Shown here piece after piece: positions 39,200 through 52,167 of a stretch of 64,000 nt of DNA. The stretch comes from Eledone cirrhosa (lineage: Eukaryota), in contig OZ024745.1 in NCBI GenBank assembly GCA_964016885.1, positions 110,484,001 to 110,548,000 of the forward strand. The letters are read 5' to 3'. How positions within the stretch are numbered: the stretch's first letter is position 1; every line of letters begins with the position of its first letter. The notes under the pieces were generated by a model. That model had not been told where the DNA came from. It searched no databases and saw only the letters and a list, made by a program, of their open reading frames with translations. The position numbers and the translations under genes were made by a program.

Positions 39200-39894
39200 T
39201 CTTTGCTTCTCTCTCTCTCACTGTGTGTGTATGAGGGAGTGTGTGTGTGAATGAGACAGAGAGAGAGAGAGAGAGAAAGAGCATGCATGCATGTTTGCTA
39301 TTACATTTAAAAACAATTTACAATCCGATTATACCATGATATTGCAAGAAAAGAATTATTCTAAAGAAAACCAGTTTCAATTAATTCATTTATAATGAAT
39401 TTCTACATACAACTTAACTAGCAATAATTAGCAGTGGCACTAATATAATTGTTTCTACTTTAGGCACAAGGCCAGCAATTTTAGGGGAAAAATCGATTAA
39501 ATCAACCCCAGTGTGTGACTAGTATTTTATTTTATCAACCCCATAAGAACGAAAGGCAAATCCTTGGTATATATATGAAAGCACACATAATATATTTATG
39601 TATAATAAACATACATAAGTTTCACTATGGGTATTATGAATGAAACTATATATTAACTAGTTAGTTAATACCAGCCCGTCAAGCTTGCACTATATGTTAA
39701 TAAGCATATCCTTTGATATACTATCTATAAAACCGATATAAAGTATAGTTTATTTTGCCTCAATAATGAGTGAATAAACACTGCTGAGGATAGATAAAAA
39801 TCCTGAAATATTAGTGTTTCACATTCTCACATGTCTACTGACATAATCATAGCTTAAATACTCATAGTATGACTTATGATACTCATAGTCAAAA

Positions 39895-40064
39895 TTTATA
39901 TATGATTATTATACATAAAGATATTGTATATGCTTTTATATATGATTATTATACATAAAGATATTGTATATGCTTTTATATATGATTATTATACATAAAG
40001 ATATTGTATATGCTTTTATATATGATTATTATACATAAAGATATTGTATATGCTTTTATATATG
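39895..40064 (+). repeat. 40-bp tandem repeat x4, perfect
   Basis: TATGATTATTATACATAAAGATATTGTATATGCTTTTATA at 39901, 39941, 39981 and 40021. Confidence 0.97.
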
Positions 40065-40861
40065 TCTCTATTAATCAGAGATGTTAGAACATCAAATAGA
40101 ATTCTTTGTAGTACTTGTTCCAGCTCTCAGTGTTCTGAGTTCAAATCCCATCAAGGTCAATTTTGCCTTTCATCCTTTCAAGGTCAACAAAAAGTACCAG
40201 TCCAGTAGTGGGGCCAATTCTTCCTTTTCCTGGAGAGGAAATAGGCTTCACGAAGTTTTAAATGCCCAAGAAGCGCTGTATGTGACTATGGCATCCATAC
40301 GACTCCATCAGGAGTTACAAGTCTCTACATACAATACAACTTAAAGACAAGATATGTGTTGGTGGAGTTTTTGTCATTTTTGTTACTCTTGCACCAAATG
40401 ATCCAGTTCCCTATCATCATCATAGAAAATACTCTTTACAATTCTGTAATGGGGTGAACGGGTGTGCCAACACCTGTTCACCATATATCATGATCAATGT
40501 TTCATCTTATTTCTGAAGTCTAATATTTTCAGAACTGACCACAGCATTCAGTCATCAGGAAGAGGGAGGTAGGCATAACAACTAAACTTCCTATCTTCAT
40601 TTCTGTATGCATGCCTACCCTTAACTATGGTAACCACTGAATGAATATGATCACAAATACAAGTTGTCAAAATGGGGTTCCTTTGAAGGGTCTTTGGAGT
40701 AATGTTACTCAATAGAGTATGTAGCTTGTAGATCAGAGAGTTGCTCCAGGTGGAGTTGCTACTTGAACAATCACAGCTCCAATACTACAGACAGTAAAAA
40801 GTCGAGTGAAGATCATTGTTTAAATTCATTTACTGGTTTCAGTCATTAAGGGATTTAGTCA

Positions 40862-41135
40862 GTCATGGCCTAATGGTAAGGGTTTGGACTTATGATCATA
40901 ATGTTGTGCGTTTGATTGCTGGATTGTGTGATGTATTCTTGAGCAAAACACTTTATTTCATGTTGTTCCAGTATACTCAGCTGAAAATGAGTACCAGCAA
41001 TAACTGGAGGTTAACCCTGCGATGGAGTGGTATCCTGTCTAGGAGGGAGTCTTGTACTCTCAGTTGCTTCATGCCATGAAACCAGAATAAGCGCCGGCTA
41101 AATGTGCCTTCTGGCTTAAGACAGACTTTAGACTT
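40862..41135 (+). mobile_element. CORE-type SINE with AACCCTGCGATGGA..GCTTCATGC 3' region
   Basis: tRNA-like head TGGCCTAATGGTAAGG, CORE-like TCTTGAGCAAAACACTT, short-repeat tail ACTTTAGACTTTA. Confidence 0.7.
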
Positions 41136-41816
41136 TAGATACACCCTAGTACATACTTTTCAACTCTGGTACTTATTCCACCAATCTTTGTTTGTTGAAC
41201 TGCTAAGTTATGGGACAACAGGTTTCTGTCAACCAGAGTTCAATCACAAGGTATTGATCAGTCTGTGGCTATACTAGAAGACATTTGCCCAAGATGCCAT
41301 GTAGAGGAATAGAATCCCAAACCAAGTGGTTGTAAAACAAACTTCTTCACCACACAGCCATGTCCCTGCCTATATATCAATACATGCGAATATAAGATGT
41401 TTAACTGAGAATCATAGAAACAAGAAAATAAAGAGTATGAGGACATGTATCATGTGAAAATGGACATGAACAAGCCATTATTTTATTCATTTATTGGTTA
41501 GTCACTGAACTGTGACCATGCTGGGGACCACCTTCCAGGGTTTTAATTGATTGTATCAACCAAATTACAGTGTCTGTTACTTATTTTATTGACCTCAGAG
41601 GGGGACAAAAGGCAGTCAAGCAGGCATAAAGACAACTGAAAACTAATTTCTTTTGGTTTATTGATTTTTTTTGCCATCCTACTCTGATATAACTGTGTTA
41701 ATGCATGTGTGCATGTGAATAACATCAGGTATGGCTATCTTTGAAGAAAAGAGAATTCCATGCATATTCAAAATATATAACCTTTTTTTTTTTAGGTTAT
41801 TGGAGGTATAATTCCT

Positions 41817-41862
41817 CACATTGACCAGCTAGTTTCACCTCAGTGGAGGATCATCAGATTGT
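41817..41862 (-). ncRNA. minimal hammerhead ribozyme motif within an inverted duplication (41795-41925)
   Basis: ACAAU-CUGAUGA-U-CCUC-CACU-GAGG-U-GAAAC-UAGCUG-GUC-AAUGU. Degenerate mirror copy on the plus strand. Confidence 0.65.
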
Positions 41863-42160
41863 CTAATGATCCTCCACTGAGATTATGTTAATCAGCCATT
41901 GTGAAGAATTGTGAATTCAATACACTCAATTATATATGTGCCACCGGTGCCTTCAGAAAACAACACCAAATTTCAGCACTGAGCATATCAAAAGAATCAA
42001 AATAACACAAGTAAGCTTTATTCCATCGTTATGTTTTTCTGGCTTTTTTTTTCATTAAAATTCTAGCTGTACGATGAGGTCGTAGCTGTTGCATAATGGT
42101 TATCTCTGAAATATATATAACAGCGACTATGAATAAATGAAGTTAATTTTAACCTGTTGA

Positions 42161-42194
<34 letters not shown>

Positions 42195-42211
42195 ATGTGT
42201 ATGTGTGTGTG

Positions 42212-42244
42212 TGTCTGATGACCAGATGAAACTCCAGAGTAACA
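42212..42244 (+). ncRNA. degenerate hammerhead motif (stem II collapsed)
   Basis: UGU-CUGAUGA-CCAGAU-GAA-ACUC-CA-GAGU-A-ACA. Stem III ACUC/GAGU with a GUA site, between microsatellites. Confidence 0.4.
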
Positions 42245-44702
42245 AGACTCACTTTTTAGCCTTAATATAAATGAATATTAAAACTCTACTTCGGTACTGC
42301 GTACTCTTTTCTCTCAGCCATCAACCACTTATGAATATATATATATGACAAACTTCTGTATGGTTTTCATCTAACAAGTTTCATTCACAAGACATTGGTT
42401 GACGTGAAGCTATCATACGCACCTGTTTAAGATATCACACATTAAGATTGAACCCAAGAACTTGTCTTTATGAAGAAAATTTCTTAACCATACATATCCA
42501 CCTAAGATATTCTTTTAATGACATAGAGAGGGAAGGAGACCATCCGTGATATTTTTCAGAACTTCCAAAACTGATGAAAAAAAAAAAACGGAATGTATTC
42601 TTTGGATAGAGACCTAACTAAGATGCTTGCAACAGAGGTGGGTCCACTAAAGACACCCAAGGGTCAGGTGATGGTGCTGTTAAACCAGGTAAAAGACTGA
42701 GATGAAGTTTAAACAAAGAATACAGATGAAAAATCAGAAAAATTAAGATTTGTGCTAGTAAGAATTTCATGTGTAAGCCCAGTGTTCACTTCAATATAAT
42801 ATCACTACCATTTTTGCAGTAACAAATTTAAGTATTCCTAACTTGTCAGTTGTATTGTGGACTAGAGTATCAAAACATTGTATTGGAAATAAAAATTCTG
42901 AGTTCAAACCTGACCTAACGATACATATTTATTTCCAAACAGGATACCTGGAGATCATAAGAACATTGACTGTTCAAAACTTATTGCAGATTTAAAGACA
43001 AAAGATATGGTTAATGATCCAGAAAGCTCCCATTAATGTGTTTAGTACGATTTGTTTTGGCACTTAAAAAACAACTGATCCTATTGATAAGGTTTCTACT
43101 TTATATCTTGTTCATCTCCACTTAATACGTATAAATTTTCACTAGTCATTGCTTGTCGACGACCACAAAAAAAAATCGTTGAGGAGATGAAAAATAGGGC
43201 AATCAACTAATAATAGCTACAGCTAGCTAAAGTAAATCAATACAGATAATGATGGTGATTGTGGTGGTGGTGTTGGTGTTGGTGTTGGTCTGGTAGCAAT
43301 GATGACATTAATGCCAATGACACTAATCACGTGTGATAATAATGATGATAGTGATTATAATGAGTCTGACAATGACAGAGAAACATTGTTATGTGAACAA
43401 ATTAAAAATAATATAGATTAGCCTTGTTTGATAAACTTAGTGTTCTCCTTCCCCTTTCTATCTCTCTATACCCCTTCCCACTCACTATCTATCAATACCA
43501 CTCCCCCCACTATCTATTTATCTATCCATCTATCTCTATCAATGCATATTTGAATAAAAAGAAAACTAAAATAGATATCTCCCTCAAAAGGAACTTATCT
43601 AGTACCCTTAATCATAGATCATAGATTCCATTTTACTATTTCATTGGTTCCATCTATTGTTTTATGACCATACTGAGACACCACCACCTCTTACTAAAAT
43701 AAAATAAAACATTATTGAAGCATTTATCAACCTACAACAGAAATTACTTTTTACAGAATTTAACTACATTGAAATTTAACTATATTGAAATCAAGCTAAA
43801 CTAAATGGTTTCAAAGAAAAGAAGCTTATACTCAGTTTTCCCCACAGTTAACTTTGTTAAGAGACAATACCTCTCCAACTAGATAGATTACCAGACTTTC
43901 ACATGATAGTTATGAATATTGTTAGATATTTTATTATCACCCAGAGGAATAACAGTCTCAGTCAACTAGGTGAGATTTCACTTGCATAACGTTAAACACT
44001 GAAATAGCAAATATCAGTAACAAGACTTTTGCCAAATATGCCAAATTCATCACTCCTTTGGGTGCATTTTAATGTTATGGTTGTTGCTGATGTTGATTAT
44101 TTTCACTACTCATGTTTCTGTAAAACAATTAATGATATTTATATTACATAAAACAGCCAGAGTAACCTCCAATATCTAAAATTGAAACATAAGAAAAATA
44201 TTATTGTACTTTGCCATCAAAATACATATACTATTGTATTTTGCTATCAAATGAAATATATTATTGAACTTTGCTATTAAATACTTCACCTTACACAAAT
44301 TCTCATAAATTTTACAGCATTAACGTGTAGACATACAGTAAAGATGCTGGCACAAGATAAGATTTAAATGAAATATTTTGGCAAATTAAAAGAAATATAT
44401 CTACCATACTTCTAACATATATACAAATTTACATACACATTTTACATATATGTGAGTTCTCATATTCTCTTCACTTATCAACAATGAATTCCTGTTTGTT
44501 GTTATCTTGAAAGAAACAGTTTTTGTAACATATAATCTAAAATACCAGATGAGGAATCAGTTATATTGCTTGATGTAAGCGATTCCAACATTTAAGACAG
44601 CCACAAGAATTAACATTATTAACTATAATCTAATGCTTGCTCCCTACTGAACTTTCTTTGGAATCTTGGGCTATGCAAACTTTCTCCATCTATCCCATAC
44701 CA

Positions 44703-45376
44703 GAAAGACTGTTGCTCTTATAGTTTCAGAGACTGCATGTTCAGAGATAGATAGTGTCACTTTAACAATGTTTTAAATGTTTTGAGTTTATTTACCAGTC
44801 ATATATATTTTTCAAATGGGCCTTTCTACCTAAGGCCTGAATACATTCCTTGTTATGCCATATAAAGGATGATGCAGTATGATCTAGCTAAGTATACAAT
44901 TGTAATATGCTTCATCAATACACATCTTCAGAATTAGGGTTATTATAAATAAGCATCATTGAGATATATAATACTGCCTGGTTAGCTGAATGGTTAAGAC
45001 GTTCACTTTGCAACCATTAAGTCCCAGGTTCGATTCCACAGCATGGCATCTTAGACAAGTGTCATTTGGATCAGTGGAAACCTTTTGAGTGAAATTGGAT
45101 AAATGGACATTGCTTGGAAGCCTATGGATGGACTGTATCTGTAATTAAACGGGCCAACCATGTCACACACTGTGTCATGCTGAATCGCATTGTGAATTAG
45201 TTTAAGTCTACATGTGTCTGTGGATTGCTCAGCCACATACATGTTAGTTTTATGAGCTAACTGTTCCATGGATTGAACAACAAAAGAAATGAGGTAAGCA
45301 GGATCCATTCAATGTTAAATGTTAACCTGCAAGAAAAGCAGAGTACAAACAATCTGAGAGAGAGCGGGAGGGAGGC

Positions 45377-45407
<31 letters not shown>

Positions 45408-45425
45408 CCTTAAATGATGATGATG

Positions 45426-45456
<31 letters not shown>

Positions 45457-45990
45457 TTGGGAAGTAAAACATCGGCCAAAGTGTGATTTAACAATGATTT
45501 TTAACAATGTTGTTCGATTTACTGAACACCTTACTTGTGTAACTGTAACAGATATTGCACAAACATATATAAGCTAGAACATAATTCTTGGGCACAATCA
45601 TGTAACAGTGTAATCATGTAACACAATCATGTAACACAAAATGTAACAGTGCTAGACCTTTGAATTATAGGTACAATCTATCTAATGGACTACTACACAG
45701 ATTCTATCTTTGAATTTTAATCACAAGCCTAAGTTGATAGGAGTCGATGGTAAAAGACACTTAGCTAAAATGCCATGTGATCACACTTCTTAACCCTCAA
45801 CCATACCTACATACATCCACAACTGAAATCTCTCTGTCTGTCTGAAAGACATCTCTAATGGAAGTAACAAAGTGAGGAAAATTAAGTTTTCAAATAAACA
45901 CAAAACATTTTATTTAATACATTGTAAAGATGATATTACACTATCTCTAAGCATGCAGTCTCTGAAACTATAAGTGCAGCAACCTTTTTG
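44703..45990. repeat. inverted repeat pair, ~90-bp arms (44703-44793 and 45892-45990)
   Basis: 23-bp perfect core CTTATAGTTTCAGAGACTGCATG (44717-44739) versus its reverse complement (45952-45974), with flanking similarity. Confidence 0.8.
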
Positions 45991-48900
45991 AAAATCTTAG
46001 GGGATCCAGCTGGATCAGTTGTAGACAGGACCCACTGGAAGGAGTGTTTGAGGACTCTGTTCCCACGACCCTCTCAAGAAGAAGAAGAAGAAGAATGAAC
46101 ATTACTACAATCTCTTAAATTCCCTGTCTCTTCTATATGATCCACACAAAACACACAATCTACCCAAATAAACACTGCATGACATGTACAACACTAGCTG
46201 ATAAAATACAGCTTTGTTGGTGTATTATAAATGTATATTTGACTTTTTAAAATGCTATCCCTAATGGTGAGGCCAACTGGAACTACTGTACATGACCATC
46301 TCTTGCTTAGCTTACTAATATAATTTTTAATTGTACTAAGATACGATTTTCATACATAACATGCAGATATTTTATATCTTTTCCAGGGAGATTTTAAGTT
46401 AACGATAACCATCTGAAATGTATCTTTATACGAAATGTAAAGCCAGAAAATGTTTATTTTAAGGCTTAATATTTAAAAACAACGTTTTCTCTAATTATTG
46501 ATGAAATATGAAAAACAAAGTTTAAAATATAAATCAAGATTATAAATTCTAATAAAAAAAAAACTTTTTTTATTTTGTGTTTCTATTCCTTTAGTAAATA
46601 TTTTTAGAAAAATTAAATCATGTTATTTTCTACATCACATGTCTTCTACTACAGCCTCAATTTGACCCAAACTTTGTCAGTAAAACTTGGTAAATGGTAA
46701 CAGTGTTAAAACTTATTGTATGAAGTATTTCTGTTCTTGGGTGGCAGACATTATCTGTCATCTAGGTTAACAACCATCACCTGGTCTTTTTGTTTCTTTA
46801 GTAGTATTTATAATGTTGCAAACATCTAGGCCAGACTCAGAAGCCTTGAAAAGTGTCAGATACTCTGCCATTCCTCTTCTGGCTAAGCCATTAACAAAAG
46901 AACAAACGTTAAAATAAATATATAGTAAGTATTGTTGTTTAAAACGAATATTAGCAACTGTTTTGGTCACTGATTAGTTCATGAAGATTAAGTCTTTTTA
47001 GTTGAATAATCAACACACTTTCATTTATTTGTGCTAATTACAGTATTCAAATTAATTTCAATCTTTCAAAACATATTTTCAGATAATTCTAAACATTCAT
47101 CTCCACTTAAAATCCGGAAGAAAAATACTGTAAATCTCAAATTAATTCTTTCCTTTACAAAGATATTATTGACACTGTTTGGATATTAGTTTGAAATTTA
47201 TTGTGTGGCTCAAAAGCTAACAGACAAGATAATAAACATTCTGATAATTAGCCACTTTGACAAGTATTATAAACTACACAGATTCTTAGTATGAACAGAA
47301 AGCCTGTTAATGAACTATTATTGATGGTTATATTGAATTGAGGTGTATATTTACAGTATACACCAACATTAAATATTTGAAATGCCCCAAAAAGATAATG
47401 TGAAATAAATTAATTATTGAAATTGTAAAACCTCACAAAAGTGTAATTTTTAAACAAGCTTTCATAGAAATAAATCAATAAGCAGGAAGAAGAAATTACT
47501 CATACATCATACAGGAAGAATAGACTAGCTTTGAAACTAAAACTAATAACAGCAACCTATAAAGCTGATTGCATATGGAATAATATTACATCATAATATC
47601 TGTACATTTTTTTAAGGGTGATTTCATTAAAGACAAATTGAATCTTAAATTTATGAACTTAGAGACCTGAGGTGTGAACTAATTTAATTGATTGTTTGGT
47701 AGGTGTTGGGATCAGAATTTGTTAATTAGTTTACAGCACAAATCAAGTTCTGGGGTCAATTTTCACACACCTCTTCCTATGCTTATTCTCAAACTTCACT
47801 ATCACCCTATTCTCACTCACTCTTTCTTGTACAATGAGAGGGGTCATAGGAAACCACATTCAGTTGTGTTTTTCTCCATAAATGGAGAATAATTGAGCAA
47901 GGAGCTACCAACATCATTTCATTGTAAAAATTGCTATAGAAATCATCAAAGGAGAGCCCAATGTTTAACACAACAAGGCATGGCAAAGTGAACAAAATAA
48001 TGATTTTGAATTTCAGATACAGATATTTGAATTCACTTATGATACTAATGATCAGAAAAAAAGTCTGAATGTCATTCATTTCTTGTTCTTTAAAAAGTGT
48101 TAAATATTAAGCATTTTAGTTATATAGTATGTAGTCATAGGGGTGCTGTAGTGACATATGTCATTTCTTGGGCATCTTTTAAACCTGCCAAAGCCTATCT
48201 CCTCAGTGGATCTGTACACAGTTGAGTTTTTCTAGGGAAAGGAAGTGAGAAAGAGATATAAAGGAAGAATCATCCAACCCATGCAAGCATGGAAAAGTAA
48301 ATGTAAAAATGATGATTAATCAACTCCAGTACTGGACAGACACCTCTATCGATTTCAAAAGAATGAAAGGCAATGTTGACCTCGGCAGGATTTGAACTCA
48401 GAGTGCAGATAGCTGAAACAAATACTGCAAAGCATCGTATCTGATGTTCTAACAACTCTACTAATTCACTGTCTATAGTGATATCATTAGAATTTGTAAA
48501 GGAAGTCAACATTGTAAGCAAAGAACTAAAATACAGGAGAGCCAAAATGGAGACTATACCAATCATATAATGACTACTAAATGATTAAATAAAGGAATTT
48601 GATATGTTAGTTTAGAATAGTTTTGTTAATATCTTGATATTCACTCTTTGGATTTAAACATTTAAATTTCATTATGTTCAAGAATTATTTCAAGTAAACC
48701 TCTGTATTGATCATTCTAGTTATATAATTTTATATAAATGGATTAATGGTATCTTGTATATAATAGTTACTTAACAGCAATTATAAACATATAAATAACA
48801 TATAAATAAATGCTCTTGGTTGTGAGAGGGGGGGGGGGGAGAAAAAGAAGAACAACAATTACAAGAACAACAACAACAACAATAACTACAACAACAATAG

Positions 48901-49121
48901 CAACAGCCACAATAACAGCAACAGCAGCAACAACAACAATGGAAGACCGTAAAGATGTCTGTAAGACAATGAGATGTAAATGTTTGAAAGGCATGAAGTA
49001 TTAGTAGAAGAGCTAATAATAATGATGGCAACAGTGGCAGTAACAGTGACTGAAAGTGAAAAATTATTTTTTGGGGCAGAAAGGAGAAGGAAAAGATAGT
49101 AAGCTATGAAAAGGACCTTCC

Positions 49122-49367
49122 CTAACCCTTTAGTATTTACATTACTCTATATTTACTATTGTATTTTCATGGTAAATTATATAATTATGTTTCATGGTAA
49201 ATTCATATAATTATCTCACATAATATCGAATCTATGAGATTTTGATATTATTTATTTTGAGAACAATACCTTAACATCAGTAAGAGTGGCTAGTTATGGC
49301 CGGTTTGAATAGAAAGAGATGAGAGAATTCTGGCTGGATACAGCTGATTTAAATGCTAAAGGGTTAA
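49122..49367 (+). mobile_element. piggyBac-type MITE, family A, copy 6
   Basis: CTAA CCCTTTAGTATTTA ... TAAATGCTAAAGGG TTAA. Confidence 0.85.
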
Positions 49368-49599
49368 CCTGACATGACATTTTACAGCTGACCCATCCTA
49401 AAACTTCTATTAACATAGATAATAAAGTATGAAGATGAGTATATGATATGGTTGGGGGGGGGGGGGGTGACTCATAGATAGATTGTGGGATTGGAGGCAG
49501 TATTAGGGGTGGTGGTAGTAGCAGATTGAAAATTCAGGAAAGTCAAGGAGAACAGGGACTCATGTGTCTTCACATAGAATGTTGTTATCAAGGAATTAT

Positions 49600-50060
49600 C
49601 ATATTCTCCAGCGGCAACCTGGTGCAGTCTACAGATAACCCAGACTCTGCTACACTTCAGGCCAAGGAGGGTAAACTCTCCAAATATCGGTCACTCTCCA
49701 ACAGGCTTGCAGTCGAGCCCATGGCAGTGGAGACTTCTGGTGTCCTTGTTCTTAGGGCCACCTCCTTGCTCACCACCATCAGCACGGAGTTGGCTACCCA
49801 CAAGTGGGAGCCTTATGAGTTGGAATGGCTTTTCCAATGCATCTCCCTCACAGTCATCTGGCAAAGCACCTTCACTATTCTATCTGCTGGGGCTGCAGGG
49901 TGACCAGCACATGGGCCCCCATTTTCTCATAATAGTGAGAGATGGATGGAGAGAGTGGAAGAGACAGAGGCAGTGACAGTGGAAATTTGGTTCCTTTGTG
50001 TTTAGACCTGGTGTATATGTATGTTTTCATAGACTCATAACTCATACGCACAAATAAACA
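49600..50060 (+). mobile_element. CRE-clade non-LTR retrotransposon 3' end (restriction-like endonuclease C-terminus plus 3' UTR)
   Basis: AKEGKLSKYRSL..EPMAVETSG..WLFQCISLTVI matches the K..KY / P.AVET.G / WL.QRISLAV pattern of CRE RLE domains. AATAAA at 50053. Confidence 0.8.
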
Positions 50061-50336
50061 TTACTTCCTTTATAAATTCACTAACACTAGTTCTCTATGT
50101 TAGTACAATAATTTGATAACTTACTCTCATTAAATTAGATAATTTTTTTTACTATAAACCCATTATTTTTATGGGTATTATAGTATAGATTATGCTAAGA
50201 GTAATCATAATGGTTTCTGATTTTGAGCACAAAGCAAAGAGTTTTAACTTCAGAACTTTATCAGTTTTCATATTATTTGATCCAGTTGTGTTTGATCCAC
50301 TGTTGGATGAAGCCATAACAACTATGGGTTTTTGTG

Positions 50337-50534
50337 CAGGGTTTTACCAAAGTTTTTCAAAAATTTTTCAAACATGGAACCCTTTTTGATTCAGAAACGT
50401 TTTGGGGAACCCCAAAGTCTAATACTGTTATATCGTCATAATATAAACATACTCCTCTACCTTTTTTCACAGAACCCCAGACACTCCTTTCACAGAACCC
50501 TTGAGTTCCATTGAACCTATTTTGGGAATCACTG
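50337..50534 (+). mobile_element. hAT (Charlie-like) MITE
   Basis: CAGGGTTTTACCAAA...TTTGGGAATCACTG; second copy at 56870-57034. Confidence 0.75.
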
Positions 50535-50812
50535 GCTTAGTGCAATTTTGATGGGGGGAGGGGGTCTACGATGGTTAGATGATTAATCCTGTTCATTTGC
50601 ATCTAAGCAGTCTATAAACTCAGAATGCAAAGAAACATCAGATGCTGTAAGATGTCTCACTCAATGCTCCAATAATTCCACAAATCCATTGTCCTGGATT
50701 AGTATTTTATTGACCCCCCAAAGAGAATGGAAAGAAAAGTTGACCCCAGTGAGATATGAACACAGAGACCAGAAGGCTTGAACAACTACTGCATGCAAAG
50801 CATTATATCTCA

Positions 50813-50999
50813 GGTGGATTGGCAGTATCGGTAGAGGGTCAGACGCCATGCTTTACAGCACAGTTATGTCCCTTTACGGACTGAGTTCAAAACCCACCGA
50901 GGTTAACTTTGCCTTTCATCCTTAAGGGGTCGATAAAATAAAGCACCAGTAATACACTGGGATAATTGCTGGCCTTGTGCCAAAAGTAGAAACAATTAT
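50813..50999 (+). mobile_element. Meta/MESC-type tRNA SINE, young full-length copy
   Basis: Same sequence as the 23084 units. Head-to-head with an older minus copy at ~50690-50800. Confidence 0.85.
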
Positions 51000-51485
51000 A
51001 TCTCATGTTCTAATGATTACTAAATTTTAAAAGTACCAAACTGACAACTGTACATACTCTGTGATATTTTTAAAATAAATTTTACAACTTTAAACAGCAG
51101 AGGTTGCTATAGATGTGGCATTATAATTATAATTTTCTGGACATACATTAACTCTATTATATTAAGAAATGCAGAATCACCAATACAAGAAAAAATGTCC
51201 GAATGTATAAAACAATCAGGTAATATTAGATGTTATTGTCATTGAAATGTCCAGAGGAGAGAGAGAGAGAATTGCTTGAAAATTTAGAGTTTACAAATAA
51301 AATTTTACAAAAAATACATTTTAATCAATAACTTTAAATGAAGAATACATATACATTCGGTTCACATAGTCCCCTTCCTACCACATATACATACATCTAT
51401 AGGTATATTTGCAGCAATATATATGCATACGCATGTATGTGTACACGCACACGTGTGTGTGTGTGTATAAATATATATGTATATG

Positions 51486-51525
<40 letters not shown>

Positions 51526-51663
51526 AACATTCTATTGAGATAATTCATCTTCATCTGCTAGAGGTTAGACATTTTGATGCCTCAAATTAAAAAATTAGAA
51601 TACAAGAAAGTTTTCATTGATTAAAGAATTAAAGGAAAGAAAGAAAAATAATACATCCAGAAA

Positions 51664-51747
<84 letters not shown>

Positions 51748-51857
51748 CTTCATTTTTATATATGCATATATATATATATCTACATATATGCATGTATATA
51801 TATCTACATATATATACATATATATATATATACATACATATATATACATCATTTTTA

Positions 51858-51906
<49 letters not shown>

Positions 51907-52127
51907 GAAGTCATCAACCTACTTGGAAGAAAAACTTTAGTCCCACTATGTTGTTTCCTAAGAAAAGAAAGGAGAATCTATTCTTAGAATCTCTTATATT
52001 GATTTGTCTTAGCTAGGCACAAGGCCACTTAAAAATGTAATATCAAAAATATAGCCTTGTGAAATTAACCTATTGAAATAAACATATACACGCACAATCT
52101 CTCTCTCCCTCTTTTTCACACACACAT

Positions 52128-52167
<40 letters not shown>

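Noticed and set aside
39895-40064. Regular 40-bp repeats as a possible CRISPR array
   Set aside because: Units are contiguous with no spacers, in a eukaryotic context without cas genes.
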